Part shown: piece by piece, positions 1 to 12,440 of the stretch
Layout of the letters: the number at the start of each line of letters is the position of its first letter
Numbering within the stretch: position 1 is the first letter of the stretch
NCBI GenBank assembly: GCA_013265495.1
Contig: MU058824.1
Location: 3,003,111-3,067,110 of the forward strand
Direction: 5' to 3'
DNA: 64,000 nucleotides
DNA from: Vicugna vicugna
Lineage: Eukaryota
The notes under the pieces: model-generated
The model's database searches: none
What the model was told of the DNA's origin: nothing
What the model saw: the letters and a program-made list of their open reading frames with translations, nothing else
Made by a program: the position numbers and the translations under genes

Positions 1-1249
1 AATGATGTCATGTGCTCATGTGCCCCTTTTTAAGCGTATGCTGCAGCCTCCTTTGTGACGGCCCTGTGCCTGCTGTACCGAGCGTGGGGGGTAGCGCTCC
101 CAGCGGGTGTTGTGTTAATCACTTCCCACAGCCACGCAGATTGGGTGGCAGGTTTTGCTTATTTCTGATCAAACTGTGTACTTTTAAATCAACAAACAAA
201 ATATGATCCAGAGATGCCTGGGAACTGGGAGCTGTTCAGTGTGCATCCTGAGCCAGGTCTGCCTGGGGTCAGCGGCCCAGCATACCCTCTTCCCAACCCT
301 GGGCAGGACTTCGAGGGCCCCCGGAGGGCAGTTCTGCTGCCTTTTCTTTCCTACTCCCACCCAACAAGGCCCTTGGCCAAGTCCAGAGTCATGACTGGCT
401 TTTCCTCCCCCGTCGTCTCATCTCCCCAGGATTATTCTGGCCTGCTGGAGGCCCTGACTCATCACTGAAGAGGTGTGCTTAGGTAAGACCTGACCCAGGC
501 AGAGAGCTTCTCCTAATTCCCAATCTGGGTGGATGCTTCCTCCAAGTTCCAGCTTCTCTCCCCCCAGCACAGGGGAGAGGGACATGGGGACACTGAGGTG
601 TATGCCCCAGTCTTAGAGGATTGCTGAGGATGGGCAGTTACATATCTGCCCGGGCACCCAGATCACCTGTTTTCCCTCCTACAACAGTGGAAGGGCTGCT
701 CAGGTACTCAGGGGTGCCTGCTTCCTCCATCCTGCATCGTTATTACCATTATATTCTGGTCATGAACTTCTTAAAGCAAATAAATAAGTTAAATAATATT
801 GACTCAACATCCCCCTCTGACTTCAGCCCCTGTTGGGAACATAAGCTCCGTGAGGACAGGAGCTTGTCTGGGACACCACTGCATCTTCAGTGCCTAGAAT
901 GGTGCCTGGCACATAACAGGTGCTCAGGGAGTAGCTCGCTGTCCATGCAATGGTCTGTGTTCCCAGAGAGCTGTCAGTACTTTCTCTCTCCCTTCCGTTG
1001 TCTCCCACTCTCATCCACAGTCTGCTTCCCTTTTCTACCCGGGTCACCAGGTGACTTCTGTCCTCCATGGCCGTCAGCACAGTAAATAGCCCCCTCCTTC
1101 GGAGATACTCTTTGCTCCTGGTTTTTCTGCTGCCTCCCCAGCGCTCCTTGCGTCTCCCCCGCTGGCTCCTTGCCTCAGCTTGAGCTGAAGGTTCGATTGT
1201 CTGGGGCTCAGTTTCCAACTACGTGCTCTCCCTGGTTGGTCTCCTTGGG

Positions 1250-2230
1250 ATCTTGGCAGTGATTCACAAGTGCGCATCCCCAACCCACACCTCTCCCAGA
1301 ACTCCCGACTCCTACATGCAGCTGCCTTCTTGGCATCTCCACTTGGCTGACGAGTGGGCATCTTGAATTTAACATGTTCAGAACTGGACTCCTGAACTTC
1401 TCCTGCATACCTGCTCCTCCCCAACTTGCCCACCTCCACAAACGGCATCACCTCTACCCAGTTGCTCAAGACACAACCCTGGAGTCACCTTGATTCCTTT
1501 GTTTGCGTGACACCAGCATCTAGTGCATTACTAAGTTCTGCCAGTTTTCCAACCAAAACAGCCCGAATTCATCCATTCTTCTCATCTCAGGTCCTCCTGT
1601 CCGGACCACAGCAGAAGCCTCCTCACTTGTCTCCTTCTTCACTTCCCCTATGGCTGCTCTTCAGGGCAGCCTGACGAACCCTTTTGTAAGATCATCCAGA
1701 GCAAGTATCTGTTAAGCATCTCTGTTTAAAACTCTCGTTGCCCTCCCTATAACTTAGAATGAAATCAGACTTCTTCCCTTGGTCCACAAGGCCTCAGGGA
1801 GCTGGGCCCTGCCTCCTGCTCCATCCTCATCCCCTGCCACTTCCCCCGCTCACAGTGCTGGACCATTCTTGCTGCCTTTCTGCTCCATGAACATCCCAGG
1901 CTCATTCCTACTTCAGGATCTTTGCACTTGATGGCTCTGCAGAGAACATATTTTCTTTGGCTTATTACATGATTGGCTCCTTCTCAAATGCAGATTCTCA
2001 GGTCAAATGTCATCTCCTTGGGGGGCCTCTGTCCATTCATTTTATAGAGAGCATCTCCCCCTCCCCAGTCACTGCCTTATCACAAACCCAGTATTCCTAC
2101 ATGGCACTTACCTATATAAATTGTTTCCTGAATCTGTCTGTTGACTCTTCATCTCCCTGCGTGAGCCCTGTGGGATCAAGGATGTAGTAAGTGGTGAGTA
2201 AATATTGGATGAGCTCATAGGTATTGGATA
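1250..2230 (+). mobile_element. L2 3' region
   Basis: ctctcccagaactcc...catctccacttgg...aacatgttcagaactggactcctga and ctcaggtcaaatgtcatctcc match L2. Confidence 0.75.
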
Positions 2231-4189
2231 GGCTGCATGGTGATGATTGAGTCTTCTTAATCCCCGTGGTTCCGCCATGAGTGATCAGCTCTGCAGAGTC
2301 CAGCACATCCCCACGAGGGCCTCCTGCCTCTGCCTAGTTTCTCTTCTGGGTCCGGCAAAGCCTTCTGGGGCCCAGGGCTTCCCCGCCCCAGTGAACAGGA
2401 CCACCCAGGCCCATCCTGTCTCCCGGTGGCCATACTTCTGCTGACAGTCTGGCCACTGGCTGCTCCCCCTACCCAATCTAGTGTCCTTTGCCCCTTCTCT
2501 CCCAAACTCCTCTTGGTTCACCTTTGATCCTTGCCCCCGAGGCCCTGCCTTTCTCTCCATGTGGAGCACCCGGGAGGGAACAAGCAGCTTGTCCCATTTA
2601 CCCACCAGGGATTACCCTCAGTGAGGCTCCGGACCCCCTGGAGGCCCATTTGCCACTGCCTCTTAGGGCCACTTGCTCCTGTGCTCAGGGAGGGCAGACG
2701 CAAGCGACTCTTCCCCGGAGGCCACTTCTAGGCCTTTCCCTGAGGACGGCTCTGCTTTAAGTAGCTGGAACTTGTTTTCCTAATAAAAAAGTATTTTTGT
2801 CAGCTCGCTGGGGGTATGTTACATAGGTGAAATTTCCCAGAAAACAACCTTGGCAAAACTACTAACTCTTATTTCTAACATCAGCTCCATCCTTGTCTAA
2901 CCATTTCTCTCACTGACAGTCATGTGTCCTTTCTCAAGCATACCCTCAGCCTTCATGTCTTTGGGGGTGTCTTAATTATGGCAGCCCTTGCAGTCCCCAG
3001 CTTCACATCCTCTCAATATCTGTGTAAGTGTAGACAGGAAGGCAGGTGTGCAGTCTGCGTCTCCCCCTGCCTTTTCCCTTGGCGAGTCTCACTCCAGATG
3101 TCCAGCCCCGGGGCTGACCTGCTATGAGTAGTCACCTCCTGGGTGGTCAGTGACTCAGTCACATGCTCATTGGACAGGGACACTCATCCTTCTCACTCTC
3201 CAGTCCTTGCTTTCCTAGAGCTCATTGGGTTGGTTTTTTTTTTTTAAGTTATAATTATGTCATCCCCACTGCTGCTAACTGTTCAGAGCACTGCCTTATA
3301 AATAACAAAGTGCAGAGAAAGGCAGTGCGAAGCTTTTCTCCAAGCAGAGTGTCTATAACAAAACTCTCAGGGGTACTGGGCACATTCGCAGGGCACTCCT
3401 GGGCCAGGGTGAGGAGGCAGCATCCCCTATGCCCCTGGGAGTTTAAAATGCAGCCTGCACGGCAGGTAGCAGCCTGAAATAATGATAGCTGGAGAGGTGA
3501 CCCTTGGCTGCCTGCCTGCAAGTGCAGTCTCTTTCTGCTGATGCTTGTAGCTGCCATTTGTTGAAACTCACCCCATCTCAGGCTCTGCATCAGTCCTTCA
3601 GTGCATCATCCCATTTAATCCTCACAACCCCAAAACAGGGGTGGAGTGATCCTAACTTGATAGGGAACCTAGGTGCACCCGGGTTCAGCTGCTTGAGTCA
3701 CATGCCCAGCTGGCCAGTGGCACAGCTGCATGTGTGCCTCAGTGGCTGAAGTGTGATCCATCCTAGGCCATCCAACACCTCTGGTTCTCTTCCTGACCCC
3801 ATCTCTGGACACCTTCCCCCTAAGCCAGCCACTCTGAGACCATAATGTAAACAGAGACACATTCGGAGTATATCCACTGACCAGCATCTTAGGATCTTCA
3901 GTCTTCCACTGAAATTTTACCTTCAGCTTTCCCAGTCTTGAAAGTCAGCATTTCCCCCTTTGTCCTGCATTTGGGGCCTTAGGCATCTGCCGTGGTGCCC
4001 CTCCCTTCTGATTCTGCCGATCACCACGTGGTGTCCAGAAGCAGTGACACTGGGATTCCGTGTGCCCAGCTGATGCCAGATGCACTTGGCAGGAGTGTTG
4101 GCGTGGCCACCCCACCCCAACTGCCGGCTTTCCTGAGTGAGGAGCACCGCCTATTTGTCCCACAGATGTCACAGAGCCAGCACATGTCC

Positions 4190-4670
4190 CTCCTGTCAGG
4201 CCCTTTGACAGCTTCCACGTCACTCAGAGAGAGCTGGAGTCCTCCCACTGCCTTGTGCACCCGGCCCTGCCACACGGCCTCTAATGTCCCACCACCCGTC
4301 CTGGCCCCTGCCTTACTCCAGCCCAACTGGCCTCCTTGCTGTTTCCAAAACACGCCAGGGGCTCCTGCCTTTGCTGCCCTTTTTTCTGCCAGATATGCTC
4401 TCTTCCAGCTGCTGTCCTTCGTGGCTTCCTCCCCCACCTCCTTCAGGTCCCCGCTGAAATGTCACTCTCCACAGGCTTCCCTGGCTGCTGCTTAAACTAG
4501 TGGTCCCTCCCTCCAGCTCCAAGCCAGACGCCTCTGCTCCATTTCCTCCGTAGCACCCACATTAGACTGTAAGCTTCGAGGGGAGGAGACCACAGATTTG
4601 TTCACTGTTCTCTCCCCAGGACCTACATGCAGCAGGCACTTGGTCGATGTCTAGTGTATGACTGAATCCA
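4190..4670 (+). mobile_element. L2 3' end
   Basis: ccttcaggtccccgctgaaatgtcac...ttagactgtaagcttcgagg...gcaggcacttgg. Confidence 0.7.
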
Positions 4671-4735
4671 TGAACATACGTGCACAAGCACGCACACGTG
4701 CACGCGCACATGCGTGCACTTGCACTGCCTCGTGA

Positions 4736-4984
<249 letters not shown>

Positions 4985-7900
4985 TGAGTACACCTCAGCC
5001 ACCCCCGGGGCCCTCAGCAGCCCCCAGCGACGCGCAGCCCGGCCCTGGTGTCTGTGGCAGAAAGACCCGCCAGTTGTCCCCCTGGGAAATGTGCCAACAT
5101 GAGTTATTTCAAGCCTCGCTTTCCAATTTAATCTTATTCTCCTGGGATGCAGAGGAGTTTTCATGTTCTCTGTTTCTGGCTCCCCAGAAGAGGGGGGGCA
5201 TTTCCCTAGGACTGATATTAAATATCCAAGAATAGCTTTCACATCTGTGGTGAGCCGGGGACTGTAGAAGCTCCTAGCATGCTTCGTCCTTCTCTCAAAC
5301 CTCACAACAGCCCTTTGATGAGAAACATCTTGTCCCCATTTTACGGATGAGGAAACTGAAGCCATGGCTGGCCCGAGGGGCAGGACCAGGACTCGAGGCT
5401 GGGTGTTGCCATGAGAACCATCCTTCCCTTATGTCCTAGGTTGATGTTAGGGACGGTCTGATTTTTATGTGTCACACGAAGGTTGTGAGAACACTGGGAA
5501 GAGCCAGTAAGAATCCTGGTGCTATCACCCATGGCCGCTTTGTAAGCTGTCAGGTCTTCCTGACCCACGAGGCTTTGCTATCAGGATAGGTGGCCCTGAA
5601 ATAAGAAGAGGTTTTTTTGGTTGAGTGCTTCATCATCTGGTGCTGCTATTGGATGGAAGCCAACAGATTGTCTAAAACCCATTTTACAGATAAGGAAAAC
5701 AGGTCCAGAGAGAGGAGGGATTTCCCAAAGATACACAGAGAGTTAGTGACACAATTGGGGTGTAAACCCAGGCCCTTCAGCCAGCACAGACCACCAGGAT
5801 CAGTGCAGCCCTCTGCCTGCTTTCTTTCTGCTCTACTTGCTGTTATTAGAGGCTGTGTGATGCAGAGAGAGCCTGCTGGGATGCGGCTGTCAGGACAGCT
5901 CACGTGTAGGCCAGGCTGTGTAGACAGTAGGATCAGTGCAGCCAAGAAGAAAGACTGGCCTGTGCTCTCTGCTCAGGACTGATCCCCCTGAGAGGGACAG
6001 TGACAAAGTGCAGAGCAGAGCATGGGCAGGAAACAAGAGGCCCTGGAAGTCCTCCTAGAGGAGAGAGGATGTGCAGAGACATGGGGGAACCACAGATCCC
6101 TCAAGGACTGTCAGGGCAGAAGGCGCACACGTGGTTGGCAGCCCCTAAATCAGGGAGTTGTGAGAGGCCGAGTCTTCTAAAGGTCAGAGTTGGTCAGGAA
6201 TTAGAACGATCCAAAGCTGCTGCAAGAGGTAGTGAGTGTCTCATCCCTAGGGGTGTGCAACCAGGAGCTGGGTACCCACCTGGCCAGAGAGGACATGGAG
6301 GGGATTTCTAACCAGCTGGGAGGGCACTTGGGACAAACAGCATCTGCATACCTCTTTGTCCACCATCAGGCCTGACGGCTTAAAGAACCAGGCTGGTTAT
6401 TGCAGCCGAGGAAAATTCAATATGCTAAACTGTGGCTGGGCCGGAGGCGGCCGAAGCCAGAGGATTGTCACTGCATTGAGAGGACAGCGGTGGGGGACAG
6501 GCGCACCGTGCTGCCAGGGGTCTTCAACTCCCCATTGCTCCACGCAGCCCCATCCCTCCCTTGCTGTTTAGGTAACCTAGCAACCCAGGTGCCCATGAGT
6601 GATGCTTCTAGGTCTTCACCTTCCTGCCTCAAGGTGAATCATTCCTTTCTGGGCTGCAAGAAGTAAAGGAAGCAGATGACATCAGAGATGGGACTCCCGT
6701 GTCACCACCCTTCCCCACCAACCCAGGCATCCTGCCCACCCCTGGGCTTCCTCACGGTCATCACACTGGCAGTCTCTGAGTTCCTCAGGGAACCCCATTC
6801 TTCCTGGAATCCTGTCGGCTGAGGCCAGGCCAGAGGGGTCTTCCCGAGAGGACTGACTGAATGCATGGAGGAGGGGTGAGGCGCCCATGTCAGACCCAGT
6901 CATTCTCCATGAGGGCCACGGCCTTGTCACGCTTCTGTTTACTCACTGGGGAAGGGCTGGGCCCCGGCACTGGGCAGGCCCCACTGGACCCCACCATGGC
7001 CCTGCCTGCAAGAGAGCAGCAGCCTCCCGAGCACCCAGGACGTATCAGGGCTGAGGAGGCAGCGCAGGAGCATATACAGAATCTCGAGCCCATGGCAGAA
7101 GTACTCATACCGGCAACACCTGCGTGGTCCATTCCTCAGTGCCCTGTGCCCGTGCCCTCCGTTATTCGAAAAGGCCCAAACGCCAGCTCATAGAGGGGGC
7201 TTCAGAAGAGTGTTTCTGTCCCAGTCCTAAGAGCGTAATTCCCTTTTAGTCCCTGGTTTGTGCCCTTCCCTGGACAGAAGCACTCTTGGGATGGACAGCA
7301 CCTTGATTCTGTTCTGTTCTATAGCAGGCTTATAGTCCAGGGGTCAGGCTTCCCCACTCCCTGGCCTTGTGTTGGCAGCCACGTCACCTCTCTGAGCCTC
7401 AGTGTCCTCTTCTGGGCAGGGGAGGTGATGATGCTCTCCTTACAGACAGAAGGCATCCCTGGCCCAGCCTGTGCAGGGTAAAAGTTACCTTGTATTATTC
7501 CTACCCTGCCCCTGCTTTCCCGGGTCAGCCCTGCAATTTCATTGAAAGCCATTTTTTAAAGCTGCAGAAAAGACCTGTTGCCCAGAGTTCTGGACAGGAG
7601 AGCTGTCCTGCCACTCACGGCTCACTGTGTGACCTTAGATGAGTTTCTTCCCTCTGGGGCTCAGCGACCACATCTGCCAGGTGAGATTTAGACTTTGATG
7701 GTTGCTAAAGGCCTCTCCACCTCTGCCATCAAGGTGTCTCTGACTCCTCGGATTTCCCCTGCCAGTGGGCTCAGCCACCCTTGGTCCTCGAAGTGCTCTG
7801 GTCGCACTCCCTGCACTCCCAGGCGAGGGGAGGAGGTTGAGGAGCCTGAGGGCACAGCCCAGGGGCCTGTGCTGGGACCCCGGACAAGAGCACTATGTCG

Positions 7901-10900
7901 TCAGGCCCGGGTTTGTCTTCCTGCACCTGTCTTGTCAGGCCTCATTATCGGGAACTGCAATTGGGAGGATTGGTCTCTGCCCGTGGGTGCTGGAGGTGGC
8001 GGGTTTAGTTTTTCGTGCTTGTCTAGAGCCATTAGATCCCAAGCACCAGAGAGGTGGTCTCACCTGGCTAGTTTTCCCTTGAAGAAGCCCAGAACTGGGG
8101 AGGAGGGCTAGGCCATCCCATGGCTGGCCAGAGCAGCCCACTAAGGGGAGATAGGCTTGTTTCTCAGAGCAGCCCCAGTTCCCAATGACCAGTCAGGCCT
8201 GCCAGCCAGGGAGCAACACCTGGTATTCATCACCTTGACCACAAATGGAGCTGCCTTCTTACTGAATATCCCAACTGCTTGGGGCAAGTGCCAACTTTGC
8301 CTGCCACCACAGGAGGTGCGAGGTCTCTCAGATCGCAAGACCTGCCTGGTTGGGGCAGGGTGGTGCGTGGCATTCCCCATGTGTGGTGTTGTCAGGAGTG
8401 CAGTGCAAATTGACTTTGGAATTCCAGCTATGTTATCATGTGAACCTTGGGTCCTGCTGTGAGGGTATTCTAGGTGGAGAAAGGGTTTGGGGGAGTCTGG
8501 CCTCAGAGGACAGGGCCCCTCCACCCCTTCTGTCCTGCTCTCGGCAGATATTTATCAGAGCCCTCCGTACCAGGCACTGGGCTGGGCAGCAGAGAGAGCA
8601 GAGGTGAGGACAGCCTGGCCCAGGCTGCAGAGCTCCCAGGCTGGGCCTTGTTGCTTACTGCAAGGCGGAGGTGCTCTTGAGCCTTAAAGAGAGGGTAGAT
8701 GTTCCCCAGGCAGGGACAGTTGGTGGGCATTTCAGGTGGAGGAGACAGCCCAGGCAAGGCCCTGCAGCTGTGGAAGAGCCCAGGCAAGGCTCACACCCTG
8801 CAGAGAAGCTGAGACTTAGTTGTGAGTGCTGGGGCCACTGAAGCGTGGGATCCACTCTCGGGCACCCGCCCGAATGCTTCAACCCCTCTTCCACCCTACA
8901 CATCCGCAGCACTTCATGATTTAGAAAGCCTGCACGTTCAACTAGGGACAGCCCCACAGGGGGGCCAGGGCAGAGATCACCATCCTCGTCCTCACCTTGG
9001 GGTAGAGGAAGCTGACGGACCAGCCAAGACTGGAGTGAAGGCAGTAGAATCCAGCCCAGTGTGCCTCCACCCACTTCCAGGCACTCCTTACACTTGTCAG
9101 AAGGTCGTCAGTGTTGAACCAGTCCCTTTGCTTCGTGGGTGTGGAGACTGAGACCCAGAGGGGATTCATGACTGACCTGCCACCCAGCTGGCAGCTGACC
9201 ACACAGACAATAGAGATGGTGACTTCTTCCCAGTCTGGGGACCAGACAGATCCCTGGACCAGCCCAAGCTGCCCCTTCTCTGAAAACCCCCTGCACCCAT
9301 GGCAATCCAAGACAGCACCTGCCTTCCCCACATCCTCACCTCTGAGTCCCTATCATGGCAGGCACCCCTACTCGTGAAGCAGTCTTACAAAGGTCCTGCC
9401 TCATGGCTTTGGAACACTGCCCTCCCCACCTCCTCCTGCAGAACACTCCCTCTTCCCATCTCAGGCCTGACCTGATGGGTGTCAGGCCGTTGGCACCCTC
9501 TCAGCTACCAGCACCAGCCATTGACTTCTGGTACAGTCACTCCATCCTCAGGGAAGCAAAGTGTTGAGCTTTTAGAAATTGGCAAGAAAACATCACTCTC
9601 TAACACAATTTGCTGTCTGGAAAGGCAAGTGGGGAAAGGGGATGAAAAGTCTTGAAAAATCTCGTCAAAAGGGTTCTTTAGGCACTTTAGACTGAAAATG
9701 ACTCTTTGCAAGTTCTAGTTTCGAGAGTTTTTGCAAAGGAATCTAGACAAGATAAGGGAAACAGAATTTCAAAGACTGAAGGATTTGCATCTGAAGGGCA
9801 GGGAGGCAGGATGAGCACCAGGGCCTCCTTGTAGGCAGATTAGGCCCTGCCGCCTCTGGGCCCATCCCTGGGAGGGGAGCAGGCAGAGTGGGCCTTTGAG
9901 GCCTCAGCTGGGATGCCACTGCTCTTTTGACAAAGGCCCAGCCCAGCTCTGTTTAGGCATTCAGAGCCCCAACCCTAGATGGGGACATGACCCCAAGGAT
10001 CCCTCACAAAGGGGCCTTCAGCTTTCAAATCTCCGGAGGCAAACTGCACAGCATCCTTGCAAATGTGGCCCAGGTTCTGACCTCAGGAGACATTTCTGGG
10101 GTCTGACCTTTTTCTATCAGGCTGCCACTCAGGCCTGATGACTCAGGAGTCTCCCTCAGCCCATGAGATCTGCCCCTTCAGTGTCTCATTATTTACTGAG
10201 CTCCAGTCTCTGGGATTTCATAACCCAAGAGGGAAAGAGGTGGTGTTTACACCTGTAACTCAAATATTCATAAACCATGTTTAGGGCTACTCAAGGCAGA
10301 AAGTGCTCAGGGCCATGAAAGAGGGAAGGAACCAGAAGAGGGAGTGTTTGAAAGCTGGGTAGGTCTTAGACCTGTGGACAGGGCAGAGAGGGCAGCCCTG
10401 GCAGAGGGAATGGCCCAGAGGAGGGAAAGTGCACAGCTTGTGTAAGAACAGCAAATAACATTGACGGGACCCCTGGAGAGAGGCGGTCCTAGTCTCCAGG
10501 CTGAGGAATTGGGGCTCCGATCTGTAGGGCAGGGGCATCCCTGAAGGTTTTGAGCAGAGTTGCAGTCATGTCCTCAGAGCTGTATTCCAGAGCCCTTCGT
10601 GAACCAGGGCGTCGAATGGAACACCACTTCTGCCTCGCTCTCCCGCAGCATGTCCTCAAACACACCACGGGAGCCAGCACCGTTCAAGAGGCTAGGAGGC
10701 GGCAGGCAGCATGTGAGCAGACGCCCCAGGGGGAGACCCAGGGCAGCTTCATAAAAGAGGCAGAGGGAAAAGCATGGCTCTGCAGTCAGAGATACCTGGG
10801 TGTGAGTCCTGGCTCCACCTCTTGCCCACTGTGTAGTGCTAGGCATGTGACTTTACCTCCCTGGGGCCACTCTCGTAATGCTGCTGCAGTAACTAAGGCA

Positions 10901-12224
10901 GCTGCACAGTGGGCGCTCTGCTTCCCCGCTGGCCCTTGAGAAATTGCTGTGGAGGCAGCAGGCTGGACAGGGCACCGCACTGGCTCAAGAGCCCCAGGGG
11001 TCCGTTCAGACTGTGTCTCCTCCTGGATGACTTGGGCGAATGTCTCCCGACGTGTGCCCGTAGGAAGAGGGTCTGGAGTTCGATCAGTAAATCTGCTTCC
11101 AGGTCAGGGGCTCCATGGGTAGGACAAGCTGCCTTTTCACGTGGTCCTTCTCTAGGTAGAGGAAGAGAGGTGGGACAATTTAATCCAGAAAACGCCGCCT
11201 GCTGATTGCTAAATGACATCCGTCAGGTTCCTGCTTGAAGCTGGGGGTTGTGCTAACTGCTGGGCAGCCAGTCTTCACCACACATGTTTCCTGAGCTCCC
11301 ATGGAGGGTGGTGGGTGTAGCGGCACTGGAGGAGCTGATAGACTGTGTTCCAGGGGTGCTGGGGGGTGCATTTTTGTTAAAGCTGTGTTTCTTTCTTCTC
11401 TCCCTCATTGATTTATATAGTAAAGGAGAGAGTTTTCAAACAGTAGGCATGTCTGGGTCTAGGCAGGCGGGCGAGTGATTAATCTTAGTTTGTTGCTGCT
11501 GACAGCCAGGAGCAAGAAATAATAAAGGTTTGCGGGGTGGGGAGGGGCAGGGAATGAGGAAAAGCTGCTCGCCTTCGTTCATCTGCAGGGAGCCTGGGCT
11601 TCACTTCCCTCCACCATCTGAGCGCCCATTGTCAGGCGGACGTCTGAGGCTCCAGACTCTCAGTAGGGGAGCTCCCAGGTGTCCCTCAGACCACAGCAGA
11701 GCCTCCCTGGCAGTTGTTGGATTCTCTGCCCAGCATGACCCCTAGCCCCAGAATGCTCGACCACATCACTGCTTGCCCTCCTCCTCAGCCTGCTCCTTAA
11801 AGCTAGGCTTTGAGGAAGGTGGGCATGGGCCACCCAGGGCTCTGGGTTCCTGGCTGTCTGTCCCCATGACCCTCTGACCCTGCACCTCTCTGAGCTGCCA
11901 GGTGGAAGTCACTGCTGGAGGAGTAGGAGTCTAGAAGAAAGAGAGGTGGGGGTCAGGCAGACTGGCACAGGGGTAGTCGACTGACTCCAGGCATACTGGG
12001 ATGGCAGGAAGGAGTGGAATAAGGAGGGGTTTTGACGTGGGCCTTGGGGAGGGAGGAGGCTTGAGGCAGTTGGGGATGGGAAGGGTGAGGAGCTGCCCAT
12101 GCTGAGGAAACAGCAGCCCTGGAGGAGAGAAACTCCTTACATTCTAATCCATAGTTTTCAATATATCCCATCACTAACATCCTTCCCTATCTCCCCAGGA
12201 AAGAGGAAGTGGAAGACCCAGGCT

Positions 12225-12440
12225 CTGGATCAGTTTGGCTTGGGCTCTTAAACCCCAACTCCACCATTTACTAGCAGGGTGGTCTTGGACAAAGGAACTT
12301 GTCTCTGAGCCTCTCTGAGCCTCAATTTCCTCATTTATAAAATGGGTTTTACAAATGTATTCATGAAAAGATCATATATGTGAAGTCCTTAGCATGTGTG
12401 CTAAGCAGTGGCAGGCAGGCAGTGAGTGGTAGCTCACTGT
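12225..12440 (+). mobile_element. MIR (representative; similar MIR cores near 5340, 5680, 7390, 12640, 17510, 28660, 51720)
   Basis: Core ctctctgagcctcaatttcctcatttataaaatggg. Confidence 0.75.
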
